Part shown: positions 23,171 through 37,348 of the stretch, in pieces | How positions within the stretch are numbered: the stretch's first letter is position 1 | How the letters are laid out: each line of letters starts with the position of its first letter | Assembly (NCBI RefSeq): GCF_001194135.2 | Contig: NC_068985.1 | Span: 45,272,285 to 45,315,487, forward strand | Direction of reading: 5' to 3' | Length of the DNA: 43,203 nt | DNA from: Octopus bimaculoides | Lineage: Eukaryota | Program-made: the position numbers and the translations under genes | Notes under the pieces: model-generated | What the model saw: the letters and a program-made list of their open reading frames with translations, nothing else | Databases searched by the model: none | Told to the model about the DNA's origin: nothing

Positions 23171-24021
23171 CTCCGATATATATTGAGAAAGAAGTACAGA
23201 ATATAAGGTAAGATTGCAAAGTGAAAGGGAAAGAAAGAGGAAAGGGAGTAATGGACGCATTGATAAAATATGAGAAATATAACAAGGAGAGAATGCCATA
23301 ATCGTGTGGAAGAAATAGAATTAGAAAAAAATGTCTGGAAAATTAGCGACAGTCTAAAAGAGCGAAACAAATGAAAATATAACGAATAAAGAAAACAGAA
23401 ACATTATGCAGAAGATAGAAAAGAAAATAGAAAATAAAAAAGGAAAGGAAAAAATGAAGGAAGGAGAGAAAGACGGGCAGAATATGAATGACAAGTGAAA
23501 AAAAAACTAGGCGAAAAAGTGCAAGAAAACAAAATAGCAAAATGGCCGTTTTTGCATAAATGGCACAATTAACTGTGAAATTAGATTCATTTAGACGCCA
23601 TGTTGAACGGTTAATGTCATTAATTGCCCTATCTGTTTTCTTAATAACGTCAAACTGTCCAACTGGCCTCGGTCGTAATGTTAGTCACAGTTTCGTAGAG
23701 AGAACAAGTTATCTTTTTTCTTTTACTCAACAAAGACAAAAGCGCCCAATCATTCCGCTACTGGCACATTTTTGATGCTCCAGCAATTGTCTTTGTCGCA
23801 ATTACTACTATTACCAACAGCGCCATTATTACAACTACTATTACTAGCAATCAGCTACATTAAGGTATCTGCTTCGAAAGGGTAAAAACTAATGTTGGCC
23901 TCAGCAGAAATTGAACTCAGAGCTTAGAGAGATAAATCTAAATATGGTATATTAAATCCGATGATTTACGACTTTGCCGATTCAGCTATCCAGTATTTTT
24001 GCAACAACAAGAATAACAATT

Positions 24022-24077
<56 letters not shown>

Positions 24078-24292
24078 CCTTTCTACTATAGGCACAAGGC
24101 CTGAAATTTTGAGGGAGGGTGCTAGTCGATTGTGTGGACCCCAGTGCGTAACAGATACTTATTTCATCGACCCCGAAACGATGAAAGGCTATGTCGACCT
24201 TACTGGAATTTGAACTCAGAACATGAAGACGGACGAAATTCCGCTAAACATTTCGTCCGGCATGATAATGATTCAACCAACTCGCCGCCTTA
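24078..24292 (-). mobile_element. SINE family A with (ATT)n tail
   Basis: Matches 789-1005 in reverse; abuts an (AAT)n run at 24027-24076. Confidence 0.8.
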
Positions 24293-24560
24293 AACGTAAT
24301 AATAATCATATTCGTAATGAATTACGAGAAACAATAACGGAGCTGTGTTATAAAATGTATAAAATTGAACTTAACTGAAATGCTTTGTAGAAATTTGTTG
24401 TGTTTAGATACGACTGAATATTTACTTCCTTGATATGCCATTCTGGCAGACGTTGTTGGTCATGGACCTTAAGATAAATTCTGAAGGTTCAGTTTAGTTT
24501 ACTTGGGAAAGAGACAGCAATGCTTCCCTTTTGTTTTCTGCTAATCTAGTTACTATTTAC

Positions 24561-24805
24561 TCTGCTGGTCTCCTAATCTCCCGAGCTTGCCTTCGAGGCA
24601 CACTTCCATTTGACAGGGTAAAATTGTTTATGTGGCATCTCAATATATTTACACTCTTCGTGGGGTATATGTCAGATGACGAGGAATCAGCCCTCCTGCG
24701 AGCTCTGTGTGCCTTAGCCACGATATCATCTGCTTCTGACGTGTTACTGGGGTCCATGACAAGTACAGTCACCCCGGCACAAATTAGATCTGATACTACA
24801 GGTAA
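24561..24805 (-). CDS. Candidate coding exon of an unidentified protein; a competing plus-strand exon 24550..24801 exists
   Basis: ctcttag|TTA CCT...: LPVVSDLICAGVTVLVMDPSNTSEADDIVAKAHRARRRADSSSSDIYPT...RRPAE; donor GA|gtaaat or stop TAA; locally raised GC. Confidence 0.4.
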
Positions 24806-25787
24806 CTAAGAGGTGACTCCATATTCTTCAAAATACATGGACTTCCAAACCGGATCTTTATCACTGAATGCTGTTCAATATCGTGTCCCAGACAATTTGC
24901 TGCCATCTATGAAAAAAGTTTGATCACCGGTATGATGGTGGGTAAAGAAATTTGTTTGAAAATCAACTGGCTCTGTGTCTGACCACGCAGTGTACAAACA
25001 TTACGCTGGATTGAACCAAGCCCAAGGAATTCCAGTTTTGAAGTGGCAGATATAAATCGCTATATGGTTTAACATTACCAGCAGATCTTTGAAGAGTCCA
25101 TTCTAGTGCAAGTGTTTAGAAGGGTCCATTCTAGTGCAAGTGTTTAGCCTAGGTTTCTGGCCCGGGGATATCTTCCTACTTTCTACCCGCACTTATAGAG
25201 GGGACCCTAAAAGGCTCAGCGCCTACATAAGAAGCCATCGAACATCATATAAATATTTGAGTTTTACTAAAGAAGTGACACAGTCTGATGCTGATTATTG
25301 AGTCATGATTTTCTATAGTCTCTGCTTTATTTTATATGACTGATCGCTAAAATAGAAATAACTATAATTGTTATTTCTATTTCTTAAAAAAAGAAAGAAA
25401 ATCAGATAGTACTTGGAAGATCTGATTTAAACACGTTAATCTGCAGTACTTGAAAGATGAAGTTTAAACACATTAATCTGCGCGCCATAACCGAGTGATT
25501 AACAATGTTGCTTCTCAATCACAAGGTTAAAGGTAAGATCCGAGTGCATGCCACATTGGTTAAATGTCTATATCATAGAATCAGAGTGAATCTATGCTTC
25601 TTTTGTTATTTCTATTACTAATTTTACAACTGAAATTGTGTAGAGGAGATGGAAATCGTGCAGAAGTCTGTTGAATGGAATGTGGCTATGATTTAAAGAA
25701 TCAGGTTTGTGACATTCACTGTGAAATTAATTTTGCATGAATATTGATATAAATATATGAGAATCTATGATATACCGAGCCAGATAC

Positions 25788-25858
25788 CTTGTCATAATCC
25801 ACTATGTTTTGCACATAGAGAGCACAGGTATCTGTGGTGATCATATGCATTTGTCCTT
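25788..25858 (-). CDS. Candidate 71-nt coding exon
   Basis: ttag|AA GGA...GAC AAG|gtatct: (E)GQMHMITTDTCALYVQNIVDYDK; phase-0 end is compatible with the acceptor at 24805. Confidence 0.3.
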
Positions 25859-26095
25859 CTAACACACGTAACATACACACATACACATGCAGGCATACAT
25901 ACTTACGCGCACACATATAAAAGTACACTATCAATAGTGAGCTATAACAGTTCGCGCTTGAAGATCGCAATGGCGTGAAACGCGGATCAGGAGACTAACT
26001 TTTCATTCTCAGTTGCAATAAAATTCATATTCTCTGCAGTGTATTGAGCACTCCTCTGTCATTTGTCGAGAATAACTTAAGGCATATGTGTGTGC

Positions 26096-26130
<35 letters not shown>

Positions 26131-26462
26131 ACTGTGTTTGTATGTGTATATGTATGTATGTATGTATGTATATATGTATGTAAGTAAGTATGTATGTATG
26201 TATGTATGTATGTATGTATGCATGTATGTATGTAGATATATGCAAGTGACTCTGAGTGCGGACAACTACGTATGCACATTATTGTGTAAAAGTGTATACT
26301 ATGATATATATTTATTCATATTACAGCGCAACATAATCTTCGTCAACGGCATCTTAATCATTGCCACTTTGCCACTTTCATTATAACCGTCACTTGCTTC
26401 ATTATCGTCATCACCCCCACAACTACCCTCCTCCTCCTCCTCCTCCTCCTCCTCCTCCTCAT

Positions 26463-26501
<39 letters not shown>

Positions 26502-27313
26502 TATCACCGTTACCACGATTTCGTTATTTCCATGACAGGGACCATAATCATCATTTTGATTAACATTAACACTCNNNNNNNNNNNNNNNNNNNNNNNNNN
26601 NNNNNNNNNNNNNNNNNNNNNNNNNNNNNNNNNNNNNNNNNNNNNNNNNNNNNNNNNNNNNNNNNNNNNNNNNNNNNNNNNNNNNNNNNNNNNNNNNNNN
26701 NNNNNNNNNNNNNNNNNNNNNNNNNNNNNNNNNNNNNNNNNNNNNNNNNNNNNNNNNNNNNNNNNNNNNNNNNNNNNNNNNNNNNNNNNNNNNNNNNNNN
26801 NNNNNNNNNNNNNNNNNNNNNNNNNNNNNNNNNNNNNNNNNNNNNNNNNNNNNNNNNNNNNNNNNNNNNNNNNNNNNNNNNNNNNNNNNNNNNNNNNNNN
26901 NNNNNNNNNNNNNNNNNNNNNNNNNNNNNNNNNNNNNNNNNNNNNNNNNNNNNNNNNNNNNNNNNNNNNNNNNNNNNNNNNNNNNNNNNNNNNNNNNNNN
27001 NNNNNNNNNNNNNNNNNNNNNNNNNNNNNNNNNNNNNNNNNNNNNNNNNNNNNNNNNNNNNNNNNNNNNNNNNNNNNNNNNNNNNNNNNNNNNNNNNNNN
27101 NNNNNNNNNNNNNNNNNNNNNNNNNNNNNNNNNNNNNNNNNNNNNNNNNNNNNNNNNNNNNNNNNNNNNNNNNNNNNNNNNNNNNNNNNNNNNNNNNNNN
27201 NNNNNNNNNNNNNNNNNNNNNNNNNNNNNNNNNNNNNNNNNNNNNNNNNNNNNNNNNNNNNNNNNNNNNNNNNNNNNNNNNNNNNNNNNNNNNNNNNNNN
27301 NNNNNNNNNNNNN

Positions 27314-27354
<41 letters not shown>

Positions 27355-27759
27355 GTATGTGTGTGCTCGTGTGAATGTATTTAGGTATGTATGTGTAAAT
27401 ATAATTATATACGTATATACATATATGTATAGATGTATTTTAAAGTTAATAGAGAAAAAATAAACAAAATGAACAACAACTACAAGTACAGTAACCACAA
27501 GAACAACATCGTCATGCAGTTGACACTACTTTCCCGCCCCTACGAAATTAATGGTGCTTCATTAATATTCATTTAGGAGAGGAGGCAAATCGATGGAAAT
27601 ATTTGTAAAATGGAAGATAGTTTGTCATCATCATTATTTATTGAGAAATCACCTTTTCTGACCAGTTCATCTGTACGTATACACGTATATATGTGTATAT
27701 ATGTGTGTATTTGTGTGTGAGTGTGTATTATATATATGTATGTGTATATGCGTTTATAT

Positions 27760-28134
27760 ATGTGTATGTATATGTATATATATATATGTATGTATCTATG
27801 TATATAAACATATTTATATATGTATATATACAAGCATACATGGATGCATCAATACATACATTCATATTTGTGTGTGAGGGTGTTAATATATCCACCTACA
27901 ATTGTACATTCATTCATGCATACACACATCTATATATGTGCTTCTTTAAATCCATATGTATATGTATATATATATATGTATGTATCTATGTATATAAACA
28001 TATTTATATATGTATATATACAAGCATACATGGATGCATCAATACATACATTCATATTTGTGTGTGAGGGTGTTAATATATCCACCTACAATTGTACATT
28101 CATTCATGCATACACACATCTATATATGTGCTTC
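27760..28134. repeat. Tandem duplication, about 190-bp period, running into an N-gap
   Basis: caagcatacatggatgc... at 27831 and 28021, near-identical units. Confidence 0.85.
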
Positions 28135-28962
28135 NNNNNNNNNNNNNNNNNNNNNNNNNNNNNNNNNNNNNNNNNNNNNNNNNNNNNNNNNNNNNNNNNN
28201 NNNNNNNNNNNNNNNNNNNNNNNNNNNNNNNNNNNNNNNNNNNNNNNNNNNNNNNNNNNNNNNNNNNNNNNNNNNNNNNNNNNNNNNNNNNNNNNNNNNN
28301 NNNNNNNNNNNNNNNNNNNNNNNNNNNNNNNNNNNNNNNNNNNNNNNNNNNNNNNNNNNNNNNNNNNNNNNNNNNNNNNNNNNNNNNNNNNNNNNNNNNN
28401 NNNNNNNNNNNNNNNNNNNNNNNNNNNNNNNNNNNNNNNNNNNNNNNNNNNNNNNNNNNNNNNNNNNNNNNNNNNNNNNNNNNNNNNNNNNNNNNNNNNN
28501 NNNNNNNNNNNNNNNNNNNNNNNNNNNNNNNNNNNNNNNNNNNNNNNNNNNNNNNNNNNNNNNNNNNNNNNNNNNNNNNNNNNNNNNNNNNNNNNNNNNN
28601 NNNNNNNNNNNNNNNNNNNNNNNNNNNNNNNNNNNNNNNNNNNNNNNNNNNNNNNNNNNNNNNNNNNNNNNNNNNNNNNNNNNNNNNNNNNNNNNNNNNN
28701 NNNNNNNNNNNNNNNNNNNNNNNNNNNNNNNNNNNNNNNNNNNNNNNNNNNNNNNNNNNNNNNNNNNNNNNNNNNNNNNNNNNNNNNNNNNNNNNNNNNN
28801 NNNNNNNNNNNNNNNNNNNNNNNNNNNNNNNNNNNNNNNNNNNNNNNNNNNNNNNNNNNNNNNNNNNNNNNNNNNNNNNNNNNNNNNNNNNNNNNNNNNN
28901 NNNNNNNNNNNNNNNNNNNNNNNNNNNNNNNNNNNNNNNNNNNNNNNNNNNNNNNNNNNNNN

Positions 28963-29043
<81 letters not shown>

Positions 29044-29894
29044 CGTAAATAGATAGATATACATATGCACTATTCATATACGATCATATGTACGTTCATA
29101 TATTGAGACACATTTATGTATATTCGTACAGAGAAATACATATATATACACATAAATAAATACATACACACATATATGTGTTCGATGTTGCAAGATCTTA
29201 TGATTATATAACATTCACATTAACCAAGTATTTCTTATTTATTAAACCATCTTTCACCAGGATTTTGTCTTAGATATCTAGTGTAGTTAACCGATTTTAT
29301 ACATTCTATACTCACAATCTCCATTCTTTTGAAGAATGTGTATTTATATACAAAGTGGGTAATAACCTGTAGTATTACTCTTATTAATCCTTGCAAGAGT
29401 TCAATGCCCATTATCGTTAATAAGCGCAATAATCGGTTAATATAAACAGTTGTAAACTGTTTGTCTTCAAATTAGTTGATATACCTTTACGCTTTTGGCA
29501 GAAAGCGTTTGATCCTTGTTGAAAAGCTTATCAATACATGAAAAATGACCACCTCAGCCTCTCTTGGAAACGAATTTGCATACACCAATAACGAATATAT
29601 ACACGCAAACACTTACACACACGCGCACACATAGAAGTATGCATGAATGTATATATTCACAAGGACGCACACGTTTAATCATGCAATCACATACAATCTG
29701 TTATAGGAATTTAGAAGAGAAATCTTGAAAGCATTAAGATCTTTGTTAACTGAAAATCAATATTTGGTCAAACCCAACGCTCACAACGAGATAATTTGAT
29801 TCTGTGAGTTAAATAGACATTTTTAGGGTTACATTACACAGTTTCAGTTCATTAGCCAAGGATGGGGCCTTTAAGAGGTCCCTTGACTATTTAG

Positions 29895-30181
29895 CAGCAA
29901 AATCTACCTCAAAAGACATATTACCGTCGTAAACCTGATAATGTATTCCTCTATCTGCCACTGTATCGTACATGGACACCCTGGATAAAACATTATGTGG
30001 AAGAACAGTGGTTGTCCATGCATGCAAGGTTTTCCCCCTCCATGTTAACCAAAGAAATAACAGGGCCAATACAACTTGGTGCCAGTGTTATTGCAGCTGT
30101 TATCAGAATGCAAAGAACCGGAACAGATATTACAAGGCATCCTCTCGATGCTCAATCAGTCCTGTTAATCTTTCATCCATG
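29895..30181 (+). CDS. Candidate 287-nt internal coding exon of an unidentified protein
   Basis: gactatttag|CAG...CCA TG|gttagt; 95 open codons QQNLPQKTYYRRKPDNVFLYLPLYRTWTPWIKHYVEEQW...RHPLDAQSVLLIFHP; in-frame stops lie at the acceptor and just past the donor; non-repetitive. Confidence 0.5.
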
Positions 30182-31919
30182 GTTAGTACATTATTGACAC
30201 TGAAATTAAGAAAGTTTAAGATGACCACCTCACAAATTGAACTCGGTGCACAAGAGTTGAGAGGAGACAATCATGACTGGTATAATTCGGTCAAATGTTT
30301 GCGCAGACAAAACTTTTCTTAGGCTAAACGATCACAACAATTACATAATCAGTCCGTACTGTACATTTCTAGCGAAAACAAGCGAGCTGAAGACATAGGA
30401 GAGATAACCATAAGCTCAAAATGTTATTTGTTGTTGTATAGCCCCAGGTCGGACCTGATTAAGCAGTATTGTGATCGATAGCATTCCGACTGTTACCATT
30501 CCGACTCTATTTTCCTCAGAGTATATGTATCTAAATCTTTAAGATCCGGTGTAGTATTAAATATAATCATCATGAACGTTATATCAAGAGTGTAATGTAT
30601 GTGGAAGGAATATAGCTATTATGTCTAGCATGTGAAAAGACTGCAAATAATCTATTTCTAGTTATTAAACGCGAGGAAATTGGTAAAGCATAGCATGAAT
30701 ACTGAGAGATATAGGAAGAATAGAAAGAATTACGGCCGCAGAGAAAGCTTTATAATCAAGCAATAATATAATGGCAGAATAATACTTTCTAATTTTGATG
30801 CAAGGCCAACAGTTTGGAATAGAGAGGGTAAATTGATGACATCGTTCCTGTACTTGACGGTTGCTTTATATTCTTGACTTCGGAGGAATGAAAGACAAAG
30901 TTAACTTTGGTGGAGTTTGAACGCAGAATGTAAAGAGCAAGAAAAAATAACGGAACACATTTTCCAGACACTCGAACGATTCTGCTAGCTAGCTTCCATA
31001 AATGGCAAAATAGTCCTTTCTACTATAAGCACAAGTCATGAAAGTTTGAGGGAGGAAGATAGTCGATCCCAATGTTCAACTTGGACCTATTTCATCGATG
31101 TCGAAAAAATGAAAAGCTCGGAGGAATTTGAACTCATTTAAACATCTCCCGCACCCATGCCGATCTATATACAAAAATTAACAGAATGAGATAAAAATCC
31201 AAGGCTATGAAAGATTTCAGAATATTTATAAATAGAAGGTCTTACAGCTGTTTCCGGGATATTTTATATAACGCTCCATTGGAGAAGGTGTGAGAAAATG
31301 GTTAAGCAATAGTTATTCTAGATAAGATATGAAATAGAGAGTGAAGTGGAGGAATGAAAATAGATGTAAGATATGCAAGGATTTTGTATTTGTAAATCCA
31401 TTGTTTAGGCAGAATGGCATACATATATGATTCCTACACCTTGTGAGTAAGTTCCAATAGTATTTAAGATTTGTCATTCTAAGCATAGAGTTTGTAAACG
31501 GTGTTATTAAATCGAGGGTTTGTGTGTGTGTGTGTGTGTGTTTATTCATATATTTGTACTATTCATAGTTTACGTGTCTATGTATCTATTCAGATTTAAT
31601 TATCTAGTTGAAGAGAGGCTAAACGCGAAAATAATTGTAAAAGAAAATCTTATAACATATTATATAGTTTGTAAATTAATATAACCTTAATATATTACGA
31701 CTGGAAATATAATATTTTAAGGTATCACTAAACATAGTAATGGAAGGGCGAGTAATATAAAGAAAAATGGAAAGAGATGAGACAAAGATGAGGTGATGAG
31801 AATGAAAAGTATAATTGAAAATTGCCTGTATGTGTGATGTTCATGTTTAAGAACATTTGATCTTGAACACGAGTGGAAGAAATACAGAAGTTTAGATAGA
31901 CAGGTAGAGAAATAGTAAG

Positions 31920-31992
<73 letters not shown>

Positions 31993-32270
31993 GATTAAGA
32001 GAGAGAGAGGGAGAGAGAGAAAGAGAATAATGTGTGTATGTGTGTTTATGTGTGCGTATATTTATATAGGAGAGAGAGAAAGAGAGAGAGAGTACAGTGA
32101 TGTATAGATTTATAGAAACAGTAAGGATAAAAGGGGAAAACGGCAGGCTGGAAGAGAAGAGCAGAAGGAGACAGACAGAAAGAAAGAAAGAATAAAAGGA
32201 AGAGTGAGACGGAAAGGGAAAGAAAGAACTAAAGGAAAATAACGTAAAGGGAAGGAATAAGATATGTGCA

Positions 32271-32301
<31 letters not shown>

Positions 32302-32424
32302 ACGCGCGTGTTTGTGTACAGCAATTGAATGCTAATTTCTTTTCGACTCAGACTGTAAAGGGCTGGAAGGTTGCTGTAATGGTTCTCTTAATCCAATGTC
32401 ATATAACAACCACAACAATAATAA

Positions 32425-32640
32425 TCCTTTCTACTGAAGGCACAAGTCCTGGAATTTTAAGGGAAGGGGACTAGTTGATTACATCGACTCCAGTGTGTAA
32501 CTGGTACTTAATTCATCGACCCCGAAAGGATGAAAAGCAAAGTCGACCTCGGCGGAATTTTGAACTCAGAACGTAGCGACGGGCGAAATACCGCTAAGCA
32601 TTCCGTCCAGCGTGCTAACGATTCTGCCAGCTGGCCGCCG
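32425..32640 (-). mobile_element. SINE family A lying between AAT-type tracts
   Basis: Reverse complement ggcggccagctggcagaatcgttagcacgctggac...; long (AAT)n at 32643-32740 on its 5' side. Confidence 0.85.
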
Positions 32641-32642
32641 TG

Positions 32643-32741
<99 letters not shown>

Positions 32742-33884
32742 GTAATTGTTTCTGATCTAGACGCAAGTACAGTAGACAAGTGTAAGATAATCGAATCCAT
32801 TGACCGCTGTACTTGACTGGTACTTTATTTGAAAGTGCAGGAACATCCACCACTGTTATATAATTATAACATTGATTTCTATCGTGTGCACAAGGTTTCA
32901 ATATTGTGCGTGGGGAATATAATCGATTATATTGAACCCCATTAATTGATTGGTATTCCATTGTATTAACCTCGGAAGGATTAAAAATGAAATTGACCTC
33001 AACAAGATTAGAAGTCAGAATGTAAAGGAACGTAGATAAATATTTTAAGAGTCTGGCGATTCCATCAATTCACGGAAAATTAAGAACAAGTGAGAAATAG
33101 CTGAGAGACAAAGAGAGACTTACTGGGAGAAAGAGAGACTTACTGGGAGAAAGAGAGACAACGTAATATTGTAAGCTACTGCGAGGTGCGGTATGAGAGA
33201 GAAGGAACAAGAAAACAATATGGTGTGAGAGAGAGTGTGGGAGAGAGTGGTGGGGGAAGTAATGAAAGTAACAGAGAAAGAAAGTGAAAGTGAGAGATAG
33301 TGAAAAAGGGCGCGTTCAGGAGATTATATGAAAGAAAGACAGAAGAAGCAAGATTGTGAAATACAATGAAGGCATTGGTGAAAGGCGGAAGCAAAATGAA
33401 GGATAGTTATAACGAGAGATAGTCGTAAAGAAGGTGATAATGAAAGAGACGATGAAAGACAGGGAGTAAAATAGAGACATAGTGAAGAGAGAGAGGGAGG
33501 GGGGACAAATAAAGTGCAAGGGACAGAAAGAGAGTATGAAACATAAAGAAGATATAGATGAATGAGAGAGGTAAGGAAAGAAAAAAATAAGTAGAATAAA
33601 GAAAAAAAAATGGTGATGGAACGAGAGACAGACCAGAGCAGAGATAAATATGTGAAGGAAAACAGAAACTATGTAAAATGGCCGTCATCATTGAAGTATT
33701 GAGAGACATATAGCTAAATAATTGAGCCGAGTTTTCTATAGAGGTCAATATATTCTTTGTATAAAGACAGTGTGGAACAAGTAGAGGACTTTATATTGAG
33801 ACAGGGAGTAAATGGACGAAAATGGACATGGCAATTATATGACAGGACAATCTCGTACAAAATAACACGCACACAAATGTGTGT

Positions 33885-33953
<69 letters not shown>

Positions 33954-34505
33954 TATAGATATATACCCACACACACATAGACATATATCGAAATATACAA
34001 AACACTAAGTAACAGAAAGTGTCTCACACAGTCATTGTGGGTATTGTTGTTGTTGTTGTTGTTATTATTATTGTCACAGTAAAATTAGGGAGTAGTTTAA
34101 TAATCTATCAAATATACACGAAAAGGGTCTAACTTCTTTTTATTTATATATTTAATTCTCTATCCCCTTTCACTGATCTCCATCTCTTACCACTCCCTCC
34201 CCTCTCTCTCTCTCTCTTCTCCCCCCTCTCTCTCTCTCTTTAGCAGTAGATATATTTGTATCTCTTTATCACTCGCTGTTCGAAATTGTCCAACGCCATG
34301 ATATTAGTGACATACGTGCCACCGTGACGTCCTGCCGTCGTGCCATGTCAAAAGTAAATTATCAGCCAATCAAAACACAATAGAACAGAACACGTTAATT
34401 TGGCAAGGTGTAGCGTTTATGCACATGTGGGAATGCACCAGCCCCCACACACATATTAGCAAGTATGTATATGCATATATACATATTTATATATATATGT
34501 GTGTC

Positions 34506-34570
<65 letters not shown>

Positions 34571-34761
34571 NNNNNNNNNNNNNNNNNNNNNNNNNNNNNN
34601 NNNNNNNNNNNNNNNNNNNNNNNNNNNNNNNNNNNNNNNNNNNNNNNNNNNNNNNNNNNNNNNNNNNNNNNNNNTATGTATGCGCACAAACATATTTCTG
34701 TTCAGATAGGTGCAAATATATCTGTATATATTTACATTTTAGCTTATACATACACGCACTC

Positions 34762-34809
<48 letters not shown>

Positions 34810-34940
34810 GTTTCCTCCGCTATTTCGCTCCCGTTTTTATATTGTGGACATAATTTTTTTTTCCTCTCTCCTCTGACCCTCATAAGACTGGTCTGTCACG
34901 AAAGAAGAACATCGTCACAAAGACTGCCACAGCGACAATC

Positions 34941-34998
<58 letters not shown>

Positions 34999-35654
34999 TA
35001 ATAATAATAATGATAATAATATTAAAAACAATGATAATAATAATAACAAAAGATGGTCGCTTTGTTCAGTCTGCAAGAATGGGCCTGTCTGCCTGCTTGT
35101 GTCTCCTCTGTTAAATTACTATTGTTGCTAGTCATTTAGTGTTCCCCACTCGCACTCTACTCTATCACGAACCTGAAGGTTTCTACAATAAGGGGAATAC
35201 GACATGAATTGCTTATTCTTTAGTCACATTATTGCCAATAAAGCAATAATAGTGTTTCTTCATTTTTTTACATCTGTCTGAGGACATATATTCATACATA
35301 CATATATATAAATGTATAATATATATATATATATATANNNNNNNNNNNNNNNNNNNNNNNNNNNNNNNNNNNNNNNNNNNNNNNNNNNNNNNNNNNNNNN
35401 NNNNNNNNNNNNNNNNNNNNNNNNNNNNNNNNNNNNNNNNNNNNNNNNNNNNNNNNNNNNNNNNNNNNNNNNNNNNNNNNNNNNNNNNNNNNNNNNNNNN
35501 NNNNNNNNNNNNNNNNNNNNNNNNNNNNNNNNNNNNNNNNNNNNNNNNNNNNNNNNNNNNNNNNNNNNNNNNNNNNNNNNNNNNNNNNNNNNNNNNNNNN
35601 NNNNNNNNNNNNNNNNNNNNNNNNNNNNNNNNNNNNNNNNNNNNNNNNNNNNNN

Positions 35655-35727
<73 letters not shown>

Positions 35728-35738
35728 AAGTTATAGAT

Positions 35739-35777
<39 letters not shown>

Positions 35778-36096
35778 CATACATACATACGTACATACAT
35801 ATATACATACATATTCATCTTCTAAAAAGTATCTTTTTCTGAATAGTAATGTTGACAAACTGTGGTGGTGTCGTTCTTGTTGATATTGTTGTTGATGATG
35901 TTGTAGTTGTTATTGTTGTAATAGTTCATGTCGGTGGCGGTGGTGATGGTGATGGTAGTGGTGGTTTTGGTTGTAGTGGTGGTCATCGTGCCGTGTGGTT
36001 GAGGGTGATGTATGCTTTGCCGTCCGCTCATGTAATATTTTGTAGGGCCTAAATTGCGAGGGCTCTATAGTTGATATAAAAAAAAGAATAATAATG

Positions 36097-36628
36097 ATTT
36101 CTTTTATTGGCCACAAGGGCCCAAGACATGGATGACAATATCGAAGGACAAGTTACAACACGAAAAGATTCCAAAACCCAAAACATGTGGGGTTAACAGC
36201 AATCAAGTGGAGATAATACCACATTAAAGGCAATAACAGAGGATATACAATAGAAAGTAGAGAAATGAATAATAAATAAATAAATAAATAGAATCCCCAA
36301 TAATGAGGCAGTTCACTTAGGGTAATCCAGGGTAAACCCCACACAAAGATCCTGGATTACCCTGCCATCTCCAAGGCATGGGAATGTGCCCTCTTCCAGT
36401 TTCTTTCCTCCTGCTTAGAAAATCCTATTCAGAGTAGATCCATTCAGTCTCACCAGTGTTGCCACTGTTGACTACCTTTTGATAGACACACTAGAAAGCA
36501 GCACCTCCCTCTCTACCCTCACCTTCTTCTTCAAATGATATCTGAAGAAATTGATGAGGCCTTTACCAGATAGGAAAGTGCCTGTCTTCAAACCTTTCAG
36601 AGGGGTCCACCATACAGCCTCTTTTGGT
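36097..36628 (-). mobile_element. L1/Tx1-like LINE 3' fragment (ORF2 C-terminus, 3' UTR, AATAAA)
   Basis: KEAVWWTPLKGLKTGTFLSGKGLINFFRYHLKKKVRVEREVL resembles Tx1-type ORF2 ends; tail cccttgtggccaataaaagaaat. Confidence 0.6.
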
Positions 36629-36710
<82 letters not shown>

Positions 36711-37348
36711 TACATATAGGCATGTGTGTGTGCGTGCGTATGCGTGCGTGTGTGTGGAGGTGTACGTGTGCGTGGTGTACGTATATACTTAAACTATATT
36801 TGCGTTTATTCTTATAAAAATAAACAAAATTATANNNNNNNNNNNNNNNNNNNNNNNNNNNNNNNNNNNNNNNNNNNNNNNNNNNNNNNNNNNNNNNNNN
36901 NNNNNNNNNNNNNNNNNNNNNNNNNNNNNNNNNNNNNNNNNNNNNNNNNNNNNNNNNNNNNNNNNNNNNNNNNNNNNNNNNNNNNNNNNNNNNNNNNNNN
37001 NNNNNNNNNNNNNNNNNNNNNNNNNNNNNNNNNNNNNNNNNNNNNNNNNNNNNNNNNNNNNNNNNNNNNNNNNNNNNNNNNNNNNNNNNNNNNNNNNNNN
37101 NNNNNNNNNNNNNNNNNNNNNNNNNNNNNNNNNNNNNNNNNNNNNNNNNNNNNNNNNNNNNNNNNNNNNNNNNNNNNNNNNNNNNNNNNNNNNNNNNNNN
37201 NNNNNNNNNNNNNNNNNNNNNNNNNNNNNNNNNNNNNNNNNNNNNNNNNNNNNNNNNNNNNNNNNNNNNNNNNNNNNNNNNNNNNNNNNNNNNNNNNNNN
37301 NNNNNNNNNNNNNNNNNNNNNNNNNNNNNNNNNNNNNNNNNNNNNNNA

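Noticed and set aside
25781-25835. Inverted repeat cagatacct...aggtatctg with inner ctatgt/acatag as a miRNA hairpin
   Set aside because: Large asymmetric internal loop; stems too short for a pre-miRNA
26361-26574. Poly-Pro/poly-His ORF
   Set aside because: Translation of adjacent (CCT)n and (CAT)n microsatellites; its length comes from the N-gap
31409-31442. 34-nt plus micro-exon (ttag|G...TT|gtgagt) following 29895-30181
   Set aside because: In the required phase it gives a stop after 6 codons; no independent support
33111-33150. Short direct duplications (20 bp here; 20 bp at about 10470-10518; 28 bp at 25095-25145; 15 bp at about 42286-42321) as CRISPR-like or regulatory arrays
   Set aside because: Only about two copies each, no spacers; ordinary slippage duplications in a eukaryotic genome
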